DNA of 64,000 nucleotides from Azolla caroliniana (lineage: Eukaryota; Plantae; Polypodiophyta): the NCBI GenBank assembly GCA_043228905.1, contig JBHGNT010000005.1:17360001-17424000 (forward strand), given 5' to 3'. The notes under the pieces were generated by a model. That model did no database searches and was not told the DNA's origin. It saw only the letters and a program-made list of their open reading frames with translations. Positions within the stretch are counted from its first letter, which is position 1. Every line of letters starts with the position of its first letter. Position numbers and translations under genes: made by a program. This document shows positions 43,601 through 55,021 of the stretch, one piece after another.

Positions 43601-46489
43601 GGCGATGTGTACCGGCTTTGATTCGTCCTTGCTTCCTAGGTTCACTTCGTCGAGCTGGGATGCTTTTACCCGTTGGGAAACGGCCATTTCCCGTTCCAAT
43701 GCTTCCTGTGCTTGCCGTAATTCCCGAATCGCATCTTTGTCTGGTTCGGCTTCGGTGTCGTCCCGCTGCGGCAAGTATGCGGCTACGGCTTCAGCTACGT
43801 CAATCTCGAAGAGTGGTACGATCTTCGGATGTTCCTCCAAGTACTGGGCTTCTTCGTCGTCTGCCAATCCTTCAAGCATGTTCACACATTCCGCATACAG
43901 CGGTGTGCATTCCTTACCGTTGCTCGTCCGTGGTTGTGTCGGTACCCGGACCTTGGCTTTTCCGCGCCGGAAGGTAATCATATTTTTTCGCCAATTTTGC
44001 TTGATGTGTGCAGTTTTCAACCATGGTCTGCCCAGCAGCAGTGAGTACGCGCCTTGCGCCTGTAGCTGCAGCACCACAGCCGAGATGTGAAATGTGTGGC
44101 CTCCTATGGTGACTTCCAATTTCCGTATTAAGCCCGTCGGCCGTACAGAGCTCGTATCCGCCATCCGTAGCCAGAACGGACATGGCTCCCATTCATGTAT
44201 ACCCAAGGCATCACACGTGCGAAGGCTTATTACGTTCACTCCGGAACCTCCATCGATTACTGTGCCGGGAAGTTCGTGCCCTTTGACAATAGCTGTGATC
44301 ACCGGACTACTAGTGTCCACCACCGTCGGTCCCTCCTCCGGATTCGAGAAGAGGACTGGTGCCGGTGGGGCTATGCCGTCTGTCATGCCCGTTTTTAGCC
44401 CTTCCGTAAATCGCGGCACGAGCTGCAAGAGTCTTCCTAACGGCAACGTGATCTGACATTCTTGCAGTGCTTGCCATGTCTCGTTTTCCGGGTGGCTACC
44501 GCCGGCACTCCCTATGGTCTTCGCCGTTTGTCGTTCCGCGTCCGCGACGTTTCTTTCATTGGCTTCCTTCACCCATTCCGTCGCCTGTTTTCGTATGGCC
44601 TCTTGTGTTTCCCATTCTTTGGCCATGCCTTTCGACCGTGTGGTTACTTGCTGTAAATCCGCCACTTCCGGAACCACCATATTAACTGCTGGTCGTTTCT
44701 CGTAGCTCTTTACCGGGCACTGGTTACTGTAGTGGCCTTCTTGCCTGCAGTAGTAGCAGTACTCTTTACGGGTATTGCTGGATTCAGCATTGCTGGTAGC
44801 CGGAGCCGGTCCCGTAGCGAGTGGTGCGTTCTGTGCTGGTTGGCTCCTTGGGGTTCCATGTTCCGGGTCCCTAGGGTGACCACCTTTCTTGAAATTACGT
44901 TTCTTATTATTCTTATGTTTATTGCGGTAGTCCGGTCGTGGTGGATCGTAAAATCGGCCGTAGTCCTCCTGGTGCCTTCGGTAACCAGGGGAATGGTCTC
45001 TGTCGTATTGCTCCTGTCGCCTGTTGGGCTCTCGATAACGGTCCGATCGCTCATACCGGTCGTAGTTATCACGCCGATTCCCGTACCGGCCATCATACTC
45101 TTGCCTGTCTCCGTACCGGACATCCTGTGCCGGTCGGTACCGGTTCTTTTGTTGCCAACGATCTTCATCTTCGTCTTGGCTGCTTCTGGGCTCGATCCGT
45201 CGGACGGGTGGTGCTTGTCGGTTTAACAGGTTATACTCGCACCGGTCCGTTGTATGACTCTTGGATTGACAAATCACACACTGAGTGCGCATGGTGCACT
45301 CTACTGCCGAGTGTCCGGCATTCAAGCAGATTGTGCATTGAATTGCCTGCCGGAACCGGAGATCTTCCTCGGTGGGTAACGCCCGTTGCAGTGTTCCCAG
45401 CGTAAGCCATGAGCTTGTCTTTTCCATTTCCCTGACCCGGTCAATGACCTGATCGATGGTGCATCCTCGAAAGTCGATCACCGTACACACCGTGCGTAAC
45501 GGTTCCCGGAGTGCGTTTAAAAATATCGTCCGTAATTCCTCCTCCGGGGGTGCACGGGCAAGCTGGCTATGCATCCGTTGGAAACGGATGACGAATTGGG
45601 GAATGCTTTCCCCTGCCTCCTGCCGGATCGTATAAAACAGGCCTACCATTGTCGTCTGGTCGACCTCCTTGTGGAAAAAATGCAAGAATTTTGCTTTTAA
45701 TTCCGCAAATGTTGTGATGGTCGCCGGGTCCTGTGACCGCCGCCATCGTGTCGCTGGTCCCTCCAACGTGACTCCGAATTCCGCTATCTTCGAGCGTTCT
45801 TCTTCCTCCGGTGTCATTCGCTGGGACGTGTGATTGGCTTCCCATGTCTGCTCGAAGTCATCCACATGCGCTTCCGCATCCGGATCATCGCGGTACTTTG
45901 AGTATTGGAACGGCATGTCGTCGTCCAGTATTAAGCCGCGGTTTAGTGGCGTTTGTTGATATTTTTCCGGTTCTTTCTCCGGTTCCACTTCCGGGACCTT
46001 TGCCGGCCCGTTCGTCGGTGTTGGTGGCTTTGCTTCTTCCACTTCCGGTGTTGGTGGGTTGACGGCTTCCGTTTGTGGTTCCGGATAGCCCTGGTTCAGC
46101 GGTTCCGGTTCTGGAGTCGGCACGGTATCCGACCCGTCGTCTTCCGGGCCGCCGGGGGTATCGTTGCTGCTCCGGTAGTTCGTGTGCACGCTGTATCCCC
46201 CTTCGGAATCCGATTCGTAGGCTGAAAATGCTTCTGCCTCGTTTTCTCCGCTTGCCAGCGCCGCCAGGAGTCGTTCGGTTTCCCGGAGACTACTTAGACT
46301 GCTACCGTCGTCCTGGTCGCGAGTTTGCCGTAACCGGAGAGATTCCTCCGCGACTCTCCGGATCTCGTTGGAGAACGAACGATCCGAGCGAATTTCCTGC
46401 GCTGCTTGCTGGAAAGTCTCACGCCGTCTTTGCCGTTCGGCGATGCGTCGAGCTCGGTCTGTAACCAAGTCGTGCGTTGGTCTAGTCAT
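40673..46489 (-). CDS. gag-pol polyprotein (gag with three CCHC knuckles, PR, RT, RNase H, integrase; no chromodomain seen)
   Basis: 1938 aa with VIDGGSGVN, LDGFSGYNQI, FLDD, DAS...STTEREAL, an H-H-C-C zinc finger, GLDFVGP, ISDQG and AESTNK. Confidence 0.97.
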   Translation of the reverse strand: MTRPTHDLVTDRARRIAERQRRRETFQQAAQEIRSDRSFSNEIRRVAEESLRLRQTRDQDDGSSLSSLRETERLLAALASGENEAEAFSAYESDSEGGYSVHTNYRSSNDTPGGPEDDGSDTVPTPEPEPLNQGYPEPQTEAVNPPTPEVEEAKPPTPTNGPAKVPEVEPEKEPEKYQQTPLNRGLILDDDMPFQYSKYRDDPDAEAHVDDFEQTWEANHTSQRMTPEEEERSKIAEFGVTLEGPATRWRRSQDPATITTFAELKAKFLHFFHKEVDQTTMVGLFYTIRQEAGESIPQFVIRFQRMHSQLARAPPEEELRTIFLNALREPLRTVCTVIDFRGCTIDQVIDRVREMEKTSSWLTLGTLQRALPTEEDLRFRQAIQCTICLNAGHSAVECTMRTQCVICQSKSHTTDRCEYNLLNRQAPPVRRIEPRSSQDEDEDRWQQKNRYRPAQDVRYGDRQEYDGRYGNRRDNYDRYERSDRYREPNRRQEQYDRDHSPGYRRHQEDYGRFYDPPRPDYRNKHKNNKKRNFKKGGHPRDPEHGTPRSQPAQNAPLATGPAPATSNAESSNTRKEYCYYCRQEGHYSNQCPVKSYEKRPAVNMVVPEVADLQQVTTRSKGMAKEWETQEAIRKQATEWVKEANERNVADAERQTAKTIGSAGGSHPENETWQALQECQITLPLGRLLQLVPRFTEGLKTGMTDGIAPPAPVLFSNPEEGPTVVDTSSPVITAIVKGHELPGTVIDGGSGVNVISLRTCDALGIHEWEPCPFWLRMADTSSVRPTGLIRKLEVTIGGHTFHISAVVLQLQAQGAYSLLLGRPWLKTAHIKQNWRKNMITFRRGKAKVRVPTQPRTSNGKECTPLYAECVNMLEGLADDEEAQYLEEHPKIVPLFEIDVAEAVAAYLPQRDDTEAEPDKDAIRELRQAQEALEREMAVSQRVKASQLDEVNLGSKDESKPVHIAKEMKPEDKAAMIKLLTEFRDVFAWSYEDMRGLDPQLYQHQIHLGKDAKPVAQRRYRMNPNYAAKVKEEIDKLLRVGFIRPVKKATWLSPIVVVPKKNGKIRVCVDYRKLNAATITDAFPLPFTDGVLDAVAGHEVYSFLDGFSGYNQIRMHPDDQEKTAFVTEWGVFVAEVMMFGLKTAPATFQRIIMEIFGEYIPAFMQVFLDDFAVYSRGKDHLQHLRLCLEKCRLYRLSLNPAKCIFGVSSGILLGHIVSKEGIAVDPDKVNAILGAPAPKTAKALSRFLGQIRWHSRMLRHLADLATPLHTAVHRTPFQWTDTEDKAYNALKVLLSQAPVVQPPDWSKEFHVFVDASDIAIGSALMQLTEPKWYRPVYYASRKLSQAEKNYSTTEREALGMVYSVTKFRHYLLGRKFSFHVDHSALLYLVSKASLTGKLARWTLLLQEFEFEIFHRPGIQHAVADYLSRLEFGEPGDGVADEFPDAELFRITPETAADDTVASEDKWLTNMHQFLSTGLPPEEMNQDERKRLAVQSRNFCLLQDTLYHKGADGIWRRAVRSDEKEVILREAHCGVAGGHYAGEATARKVWQSGLWWPTTLKDAVKYAKECDLCQRMGQPTEQARMPHQPVLPLEPFQKWGLDFVGPFKPPAMRTGNRYVIVATDYCTKWVEAKALRDNTASSTAKFLYENIWCRYGCPIELISDQGGHFLGQVVESLTTFYAVVHKRSTPYYPQANGLAESTNKTLQNILRKIVNENRTDWDTKLHSALWAYRTAYKTSIRTTPFRLAFGLEAVMPVEFQVPSLRIQLRERLNEKKSEEIRLAALCELEEQRLASILHMELEQRRRKAFVDRHRKGNEKMFEIGKPVLVFQTRMGKMPGKLRFRWTGPYWLTREYNGSYQIGTLAGEVLGKWVNGFRLKPYQGPMPKNPFMQLTGTTPGTCPGSVRIDPEGKDDGEPVVKTKEDTATRKENGQGPKGPTEV

Positions 46490-46524
46490 CCATTACCGTC
46501 GTTCGCTGCGAAAAAGCAGGAATC

Positions 46525-46534
46525 GTGGTCGCCA
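46525..46534 (-). promoter_or_regulatory. PBS TGGCGACCAC (tRNA-Arg-like, 10-nt match)
   Basis: Lies 6 nt inside the 5' LTR. The same motif occurs at 1313-1322 and 62184-62193. Confidence 0.75.
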
Positions 46535-49500
46535 AAACTGTGTTATTCTCTTAGCCGGACAAGGCCTAACACAAGGTGTCACGGAGACACTTCACCAAAG
46601 GGTGATTACGGCATAGGATTAAGATTCAACGATTACACCGACTTACGTAGGTTACACGATTAGATTGCTTTGGTTAATTACACGCGTAAGATATAACAGT
46701 GATTACAGAACGGAAATCAAGACAGAAGTATAAACAACATAATCTCTATTAATTATCCGCTGTCATTACAATGGGGTCCGGGCCTTTAAATAGGTTTCCG
46801 GCCCGTAATACAAAACGGTGCCTCTCGCACCTATTCGGGATCCGTCCGGATCTGGAACGGCATACCGTTTCCAGTCCGTCCGTCCACACTATGCTCATTT
46901 ACAACCATATCTAATTAATTCCTTTACTCCGTATTTTGGACTCCTTGCCGGCCGGTAACAAAGAGAGGGAATGCACTGAGGAAACGAGAACCGAGAACCG
47001 GTCAAACCGGAATATGACCCAGTCGGTGATCCGACCCGAAAGGTAGTGGACTCAACCGGAATTGTTCGGCTGAGCCTGACACGGCCGAATGCGAATGCGG
47101 AAGAAGGCCGACCGAGCCAAAAACCGAACGACCAAGACCGATCCCAAAAAGGGCTAAGCCGGCCCAATTGGAGATCGTGGCGAGCGTATCGCAACACCGG
47201 GTCGGAGGCGGTGAACACAAAGAGGCCAAGCATGCACGAGGAGTAAGACTCGGTGGGAGACCGAGAGCAAAAGGGACCCTCCACACCTATCCTTGAGACT
47301 TCTCATCGACGTAAGACCAAAGAGACGGTGGGTGGCGGCGAGGAGTCGGAAGCCGACGCGGAGATCGGGTCTACGACGAGTGAAGGACGAAATACGACGC
47401 ACGCAATACTACCGCTCGAGGGCCAAGGGACAAGCGTGCATTCGGAGGAGCCGCAACGAATGACCGATGATGAAGGTCGAATGAAGCATTCGAGAAGCAA
47501 GCGTGGGACGAAGGACGGCGCAACGAGACGCCAAGATCGATGGAATGAGACAAGCACGATCGGCATGAACGAAGGATTGTGTCTAAGGAAACAAAGGAGG
47601 TGTGTGGAGAACGGAGGGTCACGCACCGTGAAGAGCAAACGGGGTATCCCAAAGGATGTGTGCAACCGAGCAGGCCAGGCAGACCAATAGGGTCTACCTC
47701 AGGTGAAGCGGCAACATCGAAGGTTGTGGAGGACACCGAAGACGAGAGCACCGACACGGATGTCGGGGAAGCAACGTATCTTTTCGAGAGGGTACGCGGA
47801 GCGGACCGGAGTGCGAGACGTGCGATGTGGCCGCGTAAGGGCTGAGCGACAAGCACAAGGATGATCAACGACGAAGTTCAGCACGCGACAGTGCCGAGTC
47901 GAGAAAGCGGCCAAGGCAAGATCAGCGTGGACGAAGAGCACATGGTGCGATATCCAGCAAACAGTTAAGAAGAACGAGGATTCAGTCCAAGGTCACACGC
48001 GAAAAACGAAGGAAGCCAAAGAGAGGTGTACGAAGACCGCGTTTGGCGGATCGAGCAAAGACAGTGGTTCGTAGAACTCCGTCGAGTATGGTGGATCGGA
48101 TGGTGCCGACAGTTCGAGAGCATACGACGGGTATGGTGGACCGGGAGGCTACGGTGGTCCATGTGGAAGGGATGAGCATGCTCGAAGTGGAAGACGAAGT
48201 CAGGCAAAGTTGACAAGGATGCTAAGGACTCGGTTGATCACTGAAAATCTCACCTCTTTCCCCTTCTTGGCACATACCGGTGGATGTGCGGTTTGGTGGG
48301 GGCGGATGTCGTGAAGATTTTCATCCATAGGGGGAAAACCGAGCAGAGCGAGCAAAACCAGGGTGTGCAACATTGTGCACGCACATGATGTATTTGTAGA
48401 ATATTAATAAGAACAAATGCAAATTGTAAGAAATGCACCACAAGATTCCTAAAGTATAAATGTGGTGCACATCCACATGAGAGAGAGAGAGAGGTGCATA
48501 GGAGTACGAGGTGAGTAAGGGGCATAGTATTATGTGTGAGGAGTGGGAGTTAAGGCCCCAAGAATCTAAGCAAATATCCCCCTTTGAATGAAGGGGATAT
48601 TTAGTCTCTCCCTTTTGTAACGACTTTCTCTCCTTATGCTATAAAAGTAGAGGAAGGGGCACCATTGAAGGGGTTGCCTATTTTGAGTGAGAAGAGGTAT
48701 ACCACTTAGGTCGAGGGTTTCTATTCGGTTTAGGGTTTCTTCATTTCTTTCTTTACTTATCCGATTAGGGTTTACATTCTACTTAGGTTTTGAGTCCGTC
48801 CCACGCGGCCGCTGTTGTAATCGCATTGAGGCTTTCATGCCCATAATATACATAACTTCTTAAATCTTGTCTCTTTCTACTTTCTCTACCGTGTTAATCT
48901 CTTCCACTTAGCTCATACCTATCTTCCCATCTACTCCCTAGTCCAAGACCCCCGTGGTCCCGCCTTATTCTACACACACGCGCATAGTAACGCGACACCG
49001 TGTTGCCTGAATCATTTCTTGGCCGCTTCCGAGAGTGCCATGTGTTCCATGTCGTCGTTTGAGTCTGTGGGACTTGGTCGAACTGGCATTCTTTTGGCAT
49101 TCTTCTGATCACTCTTAATCGGTTGTGTGCGCTTAGTGCTCTATTCTCACGAAATGAGACAGACTCTGCGAGGCGGAGGTTTTGTCTCTCCATGTGTGCG
49201 CTTAGTGCTCTGTTCTTGATTCCCGCGCATGCACGTCGTGTACTATAATAGCATTCGGTTGACACGTGGTGTGCTTTTAAATAGGCTTTAATTAGCCACC
49301 AACCACACACCTTTTCAAAGTGCCTGTTCATTCATCGCCTATGCATGATGACTTCTTCTTTTTTCCCAATAATTAAGCATTAGTCCCGGTTGTCTGGTAA
49401 CACCGGCTCCTCTTGGTTGCCGACCAATTGCTTGCCGCTTCCAGTTACCGCATTGGTCTCAACTGGATGGAACGGGTTTGGTGGTATGGCCCGTAATATG

Positions 49501-51160
49501 GTTTAAGCCGGAACCCATTTACCCATTTGTCTAGTACTTCGCCGACAAGCGTGCCTAACTGGTAAGAACCGTTGAATTCTCGCGTGATCCAATATGGTCT
49601 GGTCCACCGGAACCGTAGCTTGCCCGGCATCTTACCCATCCGGGTTTGAAACACGAGCACCGGCTTGCCGATTCTGAACTTCTCATTGCCGTTCCGGTGC
49701 CGGTCCACGAATGCCTTTCTTCGTCGCTACTCTAGTTCCAACTGCATGACACTCGTTATCCGATGCTCTTCCAGCTCACATAGTGCCGCCAATTGGATTT
49801 TCTCTTATTCCTTTTCACTCAATCATTCCTGGAGTTGTATCCGTAAGCTCGGTACTTGAAATTCAATTGGCATCACCGCTTCTAGTTCGAATACTTACCA
49901 AAATGGTGTCGTCTTGATGCTCGTTTTATACGTCGTCCAATAAGCCCATAATGCACTGTGCAACTTCGTGTCCCAATCAGTCCATTTCTCGTTGAAGATC
50001 TTCCGGAGGATGTTCTGTAGTGTCTTGTTGGTGGAAACGGCTAGTCCATTGGCCTACGGGTAGTACAGACTATTGCGCTTGTGTACTACCGCGTAGAACG
50101 TTGTTAGACTCTCCACTACTTGACCGAGGAAGTGTCCACCCTGGTCTCTAATTAATTTGATTGGACATCTGTAATGGCACTAGATGTACTCGTAGAGAAA
50201 CTTCGTCGTTGATGCCGCAGTATTGTCTCGCAAAGCCTTGGCCTCGACCCACTTAGTGCAATAGTCTGTAGCGACAATGATGTATCTATTGCCGGTTCGC
50301 ATGGCTAGCAGCTTGAATGGTCCGACGAAGTCCAGCCCCCATTTTTTAAATGGTTCCAAGGGTAGTACCGGCTAGTGAGGCATCTGTGCTTGTTCTGTTG
50401 GTTGGCCCATTCGTTAACACAAATCACATTCCTTCGTGTATCGGACCGAATCTTTCAGCGTCGTTGGCCACCATATCCCACAACGCCATATCTTTCTTGT
50501 TGTAACTTCACCGACATAGTGTCCTCCGGCGACTCCGCAATGTGCTTCCCGTAATATGATGTCCTTTTCATCGCTCCGCACCGCTATCCGCCATATTCCA
50601 TCGGCTCCCTTGTGGTATAGGGTGTCCTGTAATAAGCAAAAATGCCGGCTTGGGACCGCCAATTGTTTCTGCTCATCTTTGTTCATCTCTTCCGGCGGTA
50701 GTCCCGTGTTTAAGAACTGATGCATGTTCGTTAGCCATTTGTCCTCGTCCTGAACTGTCATATCTGTCGTGGTTTCTGCTGTGATTTTAAACAGTTCGGC
50801 ATCCGGAAACTCATCTAGTACGTCGTCACCAGTCTCGCCGGTTTCTAACTGGCTCAAATAGTTGGCAACCGCGTGTTGTATACCCAGTCGGTGATAACTT
50901 TTGAACTCGAATTCCTATAGTAGCAATGTCCACCGGGCCAACTTACCTGTGAGGGATGCCTTAGAGACCAAGTATAAAAGTGCGGAATGGTCTACGTGAA
51001 ATGAAAATTTACGGCCCAACAAATAGTGTTGAAACTTTGTGACACTATAAATCATCCCCAAGGCCTCTCTTTCCGTTGTGGAGTAATTTCGTTCCGCTTG
51101 TGACAGTTTCTGGCTCGCATAGTATACCGGTCTGTACCACTTGGGTTCGGTCAGCTCCAT

Positions 51161-51598
51161 TGTTGCCGATTAGGAACACAGTTCGCGGTCAATCCTTCGA
51201 CCTAGACCTCCAAGTGGGTGTGGAACAACGAATAGGCGTCTAAGCGTAATGCGTGGGGGAATGTTCCATGTAACCTATCAGCATATAAGGGAGACGGCTA
51301 CAACCGAATCCTTATCAAGGGTTACACTTACGTTCTTACATGCTCAGGTCTTCAAGACACACACAATGGATTAGCCGTAACTATACACAAGAATCAGAGA
51401 AGATAGAATTCTATTATGAGACGTTTCTTACATTCCCAAAATTACACGCTCCCTCTATCAGAGGTTTTCTGCCCTTTATATACGCAGGGTCTATTTAGTC
51501 GTTCACGCTTCCTGCGTGAACCGTTACATGCGTTATGATCTTATATTATTTCTTATTCCTACGCTCTTGTCCGTCGGTTACTATTCCGGCGGACAACA
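51161..51598. mobile_element. solo LTR (438 bp) inserted in the RNase H region
   Basis: TGTTG...CAACA ends, TSD TCCAT/TGCAT. Splits the peptide ALM|(Q)LTEPKW. Confidence 0.8.
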
Positions 51599-52540
51599 TG
51601 CATCAGTGCGCTGCCAATTGCTATGTCGGACGCGTCGACAAACACATGAAACTCTTTGGACCAGTCCGGGGGTTGTACTACCGGTGCTTGCGATAGTAGT
51701 ACTTTTAGCCCGCGGTAAGCGTCATCCTCTATAGCCGTCCATTGAAACGGTGTCCGGTGAACCGTAGCATGCAGCGATGTTGCAAGATAGGCCAAATACC
51801 AGAGCATTCGCCTATGCCACCGGATTTGTCCTAAGAATCTACTTAATGCTTTGGTCGTCGTTGGTGTCTGTGCCTCCAGAATTGCCCTGACTTTGTCCGG
51901 GTCTACTGATATCCTGTCCTTGTTGACAATATGGCCAAGTAGTGTACCACTAGCCACCCCAAAAACACATTTTGTCGGGTTCAAGCTTAGCCAGTACCCC
52001 CTGCATTTTTCTCAGCATAACCGGAGATGGTCCAGGTGCTCGCCTTACCGGCTATACACCGCGAAGTCGTCTAGGAACACCTGCATAAACGTTGGGATGA
52101 ACTCTCCAAATATTTCCATGATTATCCACTAAAAGGTAGTTGACGCCGTCTTGAGTCCAAACATCATCACTATGGCAACAAAAACTCCCCACTCGGTAAC
52201 GAACGTCGTCTTTTCTTGGTCATTGGGGTGCATCCGTATTTGATTGTAACCGTTGAATCCGTCTAGGAAGCTATATACCTCATGACCGGCTACTGCGTCT
52301 AGAACTCCATCTGTGAATGGAAGTGGAAAGCCATCAGTCACCGTCGCGGCATTCAGTTTCCGGTAATCGACGCACACCCAGATCTTCCCGTTCTTCTTCG
52401 GCACGACGACTATCAGACTCAACCATGTGGCTTTCTTTACCGGCCGGATAAAACCGACTCGGAGTAACTTGTCGATCTCTTCTTTTACCCTTACCGCATA
52501 ATTAGGGTTCATTTGGTAGCGCCTTTGTGCTACCTGTTTG

Positions 52541-54810
52541 GTGTCTTTGTTGAGATGTATCTGATGTTGATACAGTTGCGGATCCAACCCTCGCATATCC
52601 TCATAAGACCATGCAAATACGTCCCGGAATTCTTTCAATAATGTAATCATTGCCGTTTTGTTTTCCGGTGACATCTCTTGGGCAATATGTACTGGTTGTG
52701 CTTCCTCTCCAATTCCCAAGTCTACTTCTTCTAGCTAGGATGGCTTCACCCTTTGAGATACCGCCATTTCCCGTTCCAGGGCCTCCTGTGCTTGAGGTAG
52801 TTCTCTGACGACATCTCTATTCGGTTGCTCTCCGGCATCTTTCGGTTGTGCAATATACAGAGAGACTGCTTCAGCCACATCTATTTCGAACAAGGGTATG
52901 CTTCAAGATATTGATCGACATCCTCGTCGGAGAGCCCTTCCAGCATATTAACGCTTTCAGTGTATAATGGTGTTAGCTCTTTGCTGATTCCGGTTTGTGG
53001 ATGTGTCGGTACCCATACTTTGGTTTTGCCTCGTCGGAACGTAATCACGTACGTTCTTTCACCAGTTTTGCTTAATGTGCGCCGTCCGCAACCATGGTCG
53101 TCCAAGCAATAGTGGGTAAGCCCCTTGGGTATTTAACTAGAGAACCACCGTAGAAATGCGGAATACATGTCCTCCAATTGTTACCTCCAGATCTCGTATT
53201 AAACCGGTGGGTCTTACCGAACTCGTGTCTGCCATCCGGAGCCAAAACGGACAAGGCTCCCACTCCTGGATTCCCAAGGTATCACAAGTACGGAGGCTGA
53301 TTACATTGACGCCTGATCCTCCGTCAATGATTGTCCCTGGTAGCTCGCGCCCTTTGACTATGGCAGTGATTGCCGGACTGCTTGTGTCCACCACTACCGA
53401 CTCGTCCTCTGGGTTGGAAAAGAAAGTCGGAGCCGGCGATGAGTCTCATGGTATTATTGCTAATTTCAGTCCATCCGTGAACCGGGGTACTAATTGTAGT
53501 AGTCGGCCTAATGGCAACATAATTGGACATTCCTATAACGCCTTCCATGTTGGGTTTTTGGATTGTATTGTGTCGGTAACCTCCGTCAGTGCCTCCTTTT
53601 GTTGTTTGACCTCGGCCGCATTTCGTTCATTTGCCTTCTCTACCCATTTGGTGGCCTGTTTCCGGATAGCCTCTTGTGTCTTTGCTTAGATGTATCTGAT
53701 GTTGATACATCTGCGGATCCAGCCCTCACATATCCTCATAAGACCATGCAAATACATCCTGGAATTCTTTCAATAATGTAATCATTGCCGTTTTGTTTTC
53801 TGGTGACATCTCTTTGGCAATATGTATTGGCCGTGCTTCCTCTCCAATTCCCAAGTCTACTTCTTCTAGCTAGGATGGCTTCACCCTTTGAGATACCGCC
53901 ATTTCCCGTTCCAGGGCCTCCTGTGCTTGACGTAGTTCTCTGACGGCATCTCTATTTAGTTGCTCTCCGGCATCTTCCGGTTGTGCAATATACAGAGAGA
54001 CTGCTTTGGCCACATCTATTTCGAACAAGGGTATGCTTCAAGATACTGATCGACTTCCTCGTCGGCAAGCCCTTCCAGCATATTAACGCTTTCAATGTAT
54101 AACGGTGTTAGCTCTTTGCCCGTTCTAGTTTGTGGATGTGTTGGTACCCATACTTTGGTTTTGCCTCGTCGGAACGTAATCACGTACGTTCTTTCACCAG
54201 TTTTGCTTAATGTGCGCCGTCCGCAACCAATGTCGTCCAAGCAATAGTGGGTAAGCCCCTTGGGTATTTAACTGGAGAACCACCGCAGAAATGCGGAATA
54301 CATGTCCTTCAATTGTTACCTCCAGATCTCATATTAAACCGGTGGGTCTTACCGAACTCGTGTCTGCCATCCGGAGCCAAAACGGACAAGGCTCCCACTC
54401 CTGGATTCCCAGGGTATCACAAGTACGGAGGCTGATTACATTGACGCCCGATCCTCCGTCAATGATCGTCCCTGGTAGCTCGCGTCCTTGGACAATGGCA
54501 GTGATTGCCGGACTGCTTGTGTCCACCACTATCGACCCGTCCTCTGGGTTGGAAAAGAAAGTCGGAGCCGGCGACAAGTCTTGTGGTGTTATTGCTAAAT
54601 TCAGTCCATCCGTGAACCGGGGTACTAATTGTAGTAGTCGGCCTAATGGCAACGTAATTGGACATTCCTATAACGCCTTCCATGTTGGGTTTTTGGATTG
54701 TATTGTGTCGGTAACCTCCGTTAGTACCTCCTTTTGTTGTTTGACCTCGGCCACATTTCGTTCATTTGCCTTCTCTACCCATTTGGTGGCCTGTTTCCGG
54801 ATAGCCTCTT
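52541..54810. repeat. 1135-bp tandem duplication of the protease region
   Basis: GTGTCTTTG..AGATGTATCTGATG at 52541 and 53676, with duplicated PR peptides. Confidence 0.88.
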
Positions 54811-55021
54811 GTGCTTCCCACTCCGTCGTCTTTCCTTTTGCCCTGGTGGTGACTTGCTGTATATCCGCGACCTCTGCTACCACCATATTGACTACCGGTC
54901 ATTTTTCATTACTTTTCATCAGTCATTGGTTGTTGTAATGGCCTTCCTGCCGACAATAATAACAATACGCTTTCCGGGTATTGTTTGATTCTACTTTTGG
55001 CCCGATACTTAGTTGAAATCT

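Larger units (their letters stand above)
37162..46960 (-). mobile_element. intact, very young Ty3/gypsy element (9.8 kb) with an extra 3' ORF
   Basis: 420-bp LTRs 37162-37581 and 46541-46960 look identical by eye. Perfect TSD AAGAG and uninterrupted ORFs. Confidence 0.96.
34953..48997 (+). mobile_element. non-autonomous LTR element (gag-like remnant, no pol), tRNA-Trp PBS
   Basis: LTRs 34953-35626 and 48307-48997 (TGTCG...CGACA). PBS TGGTGAACCCGACGTGA at 35631-35647, G-rich PPT before 48307. Possible 4-bp TSD ACGT/CCGT. Confidence 0.8.
32490..49200 (-). pseudogene. ORF2 of the old gypsy (pieces 32490-34952 and 48998-49200)
   Basis: HEYG.V..RPP.MPKNR..LII.TYEGV.VDW and the coiled-coil peptides are homologous to the 976-aa ORF. 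Confidence 0.8.

Noticed and set aside
37162-46960. element actually oriented on the plus strand, with the 37584 site as its ordinary PBS
   Set aside because: The TATA-like motif, both ORFs and a separate PBS all lie on the minus strand, and no PPT precedes the 46541 LTR on the plus strand either.
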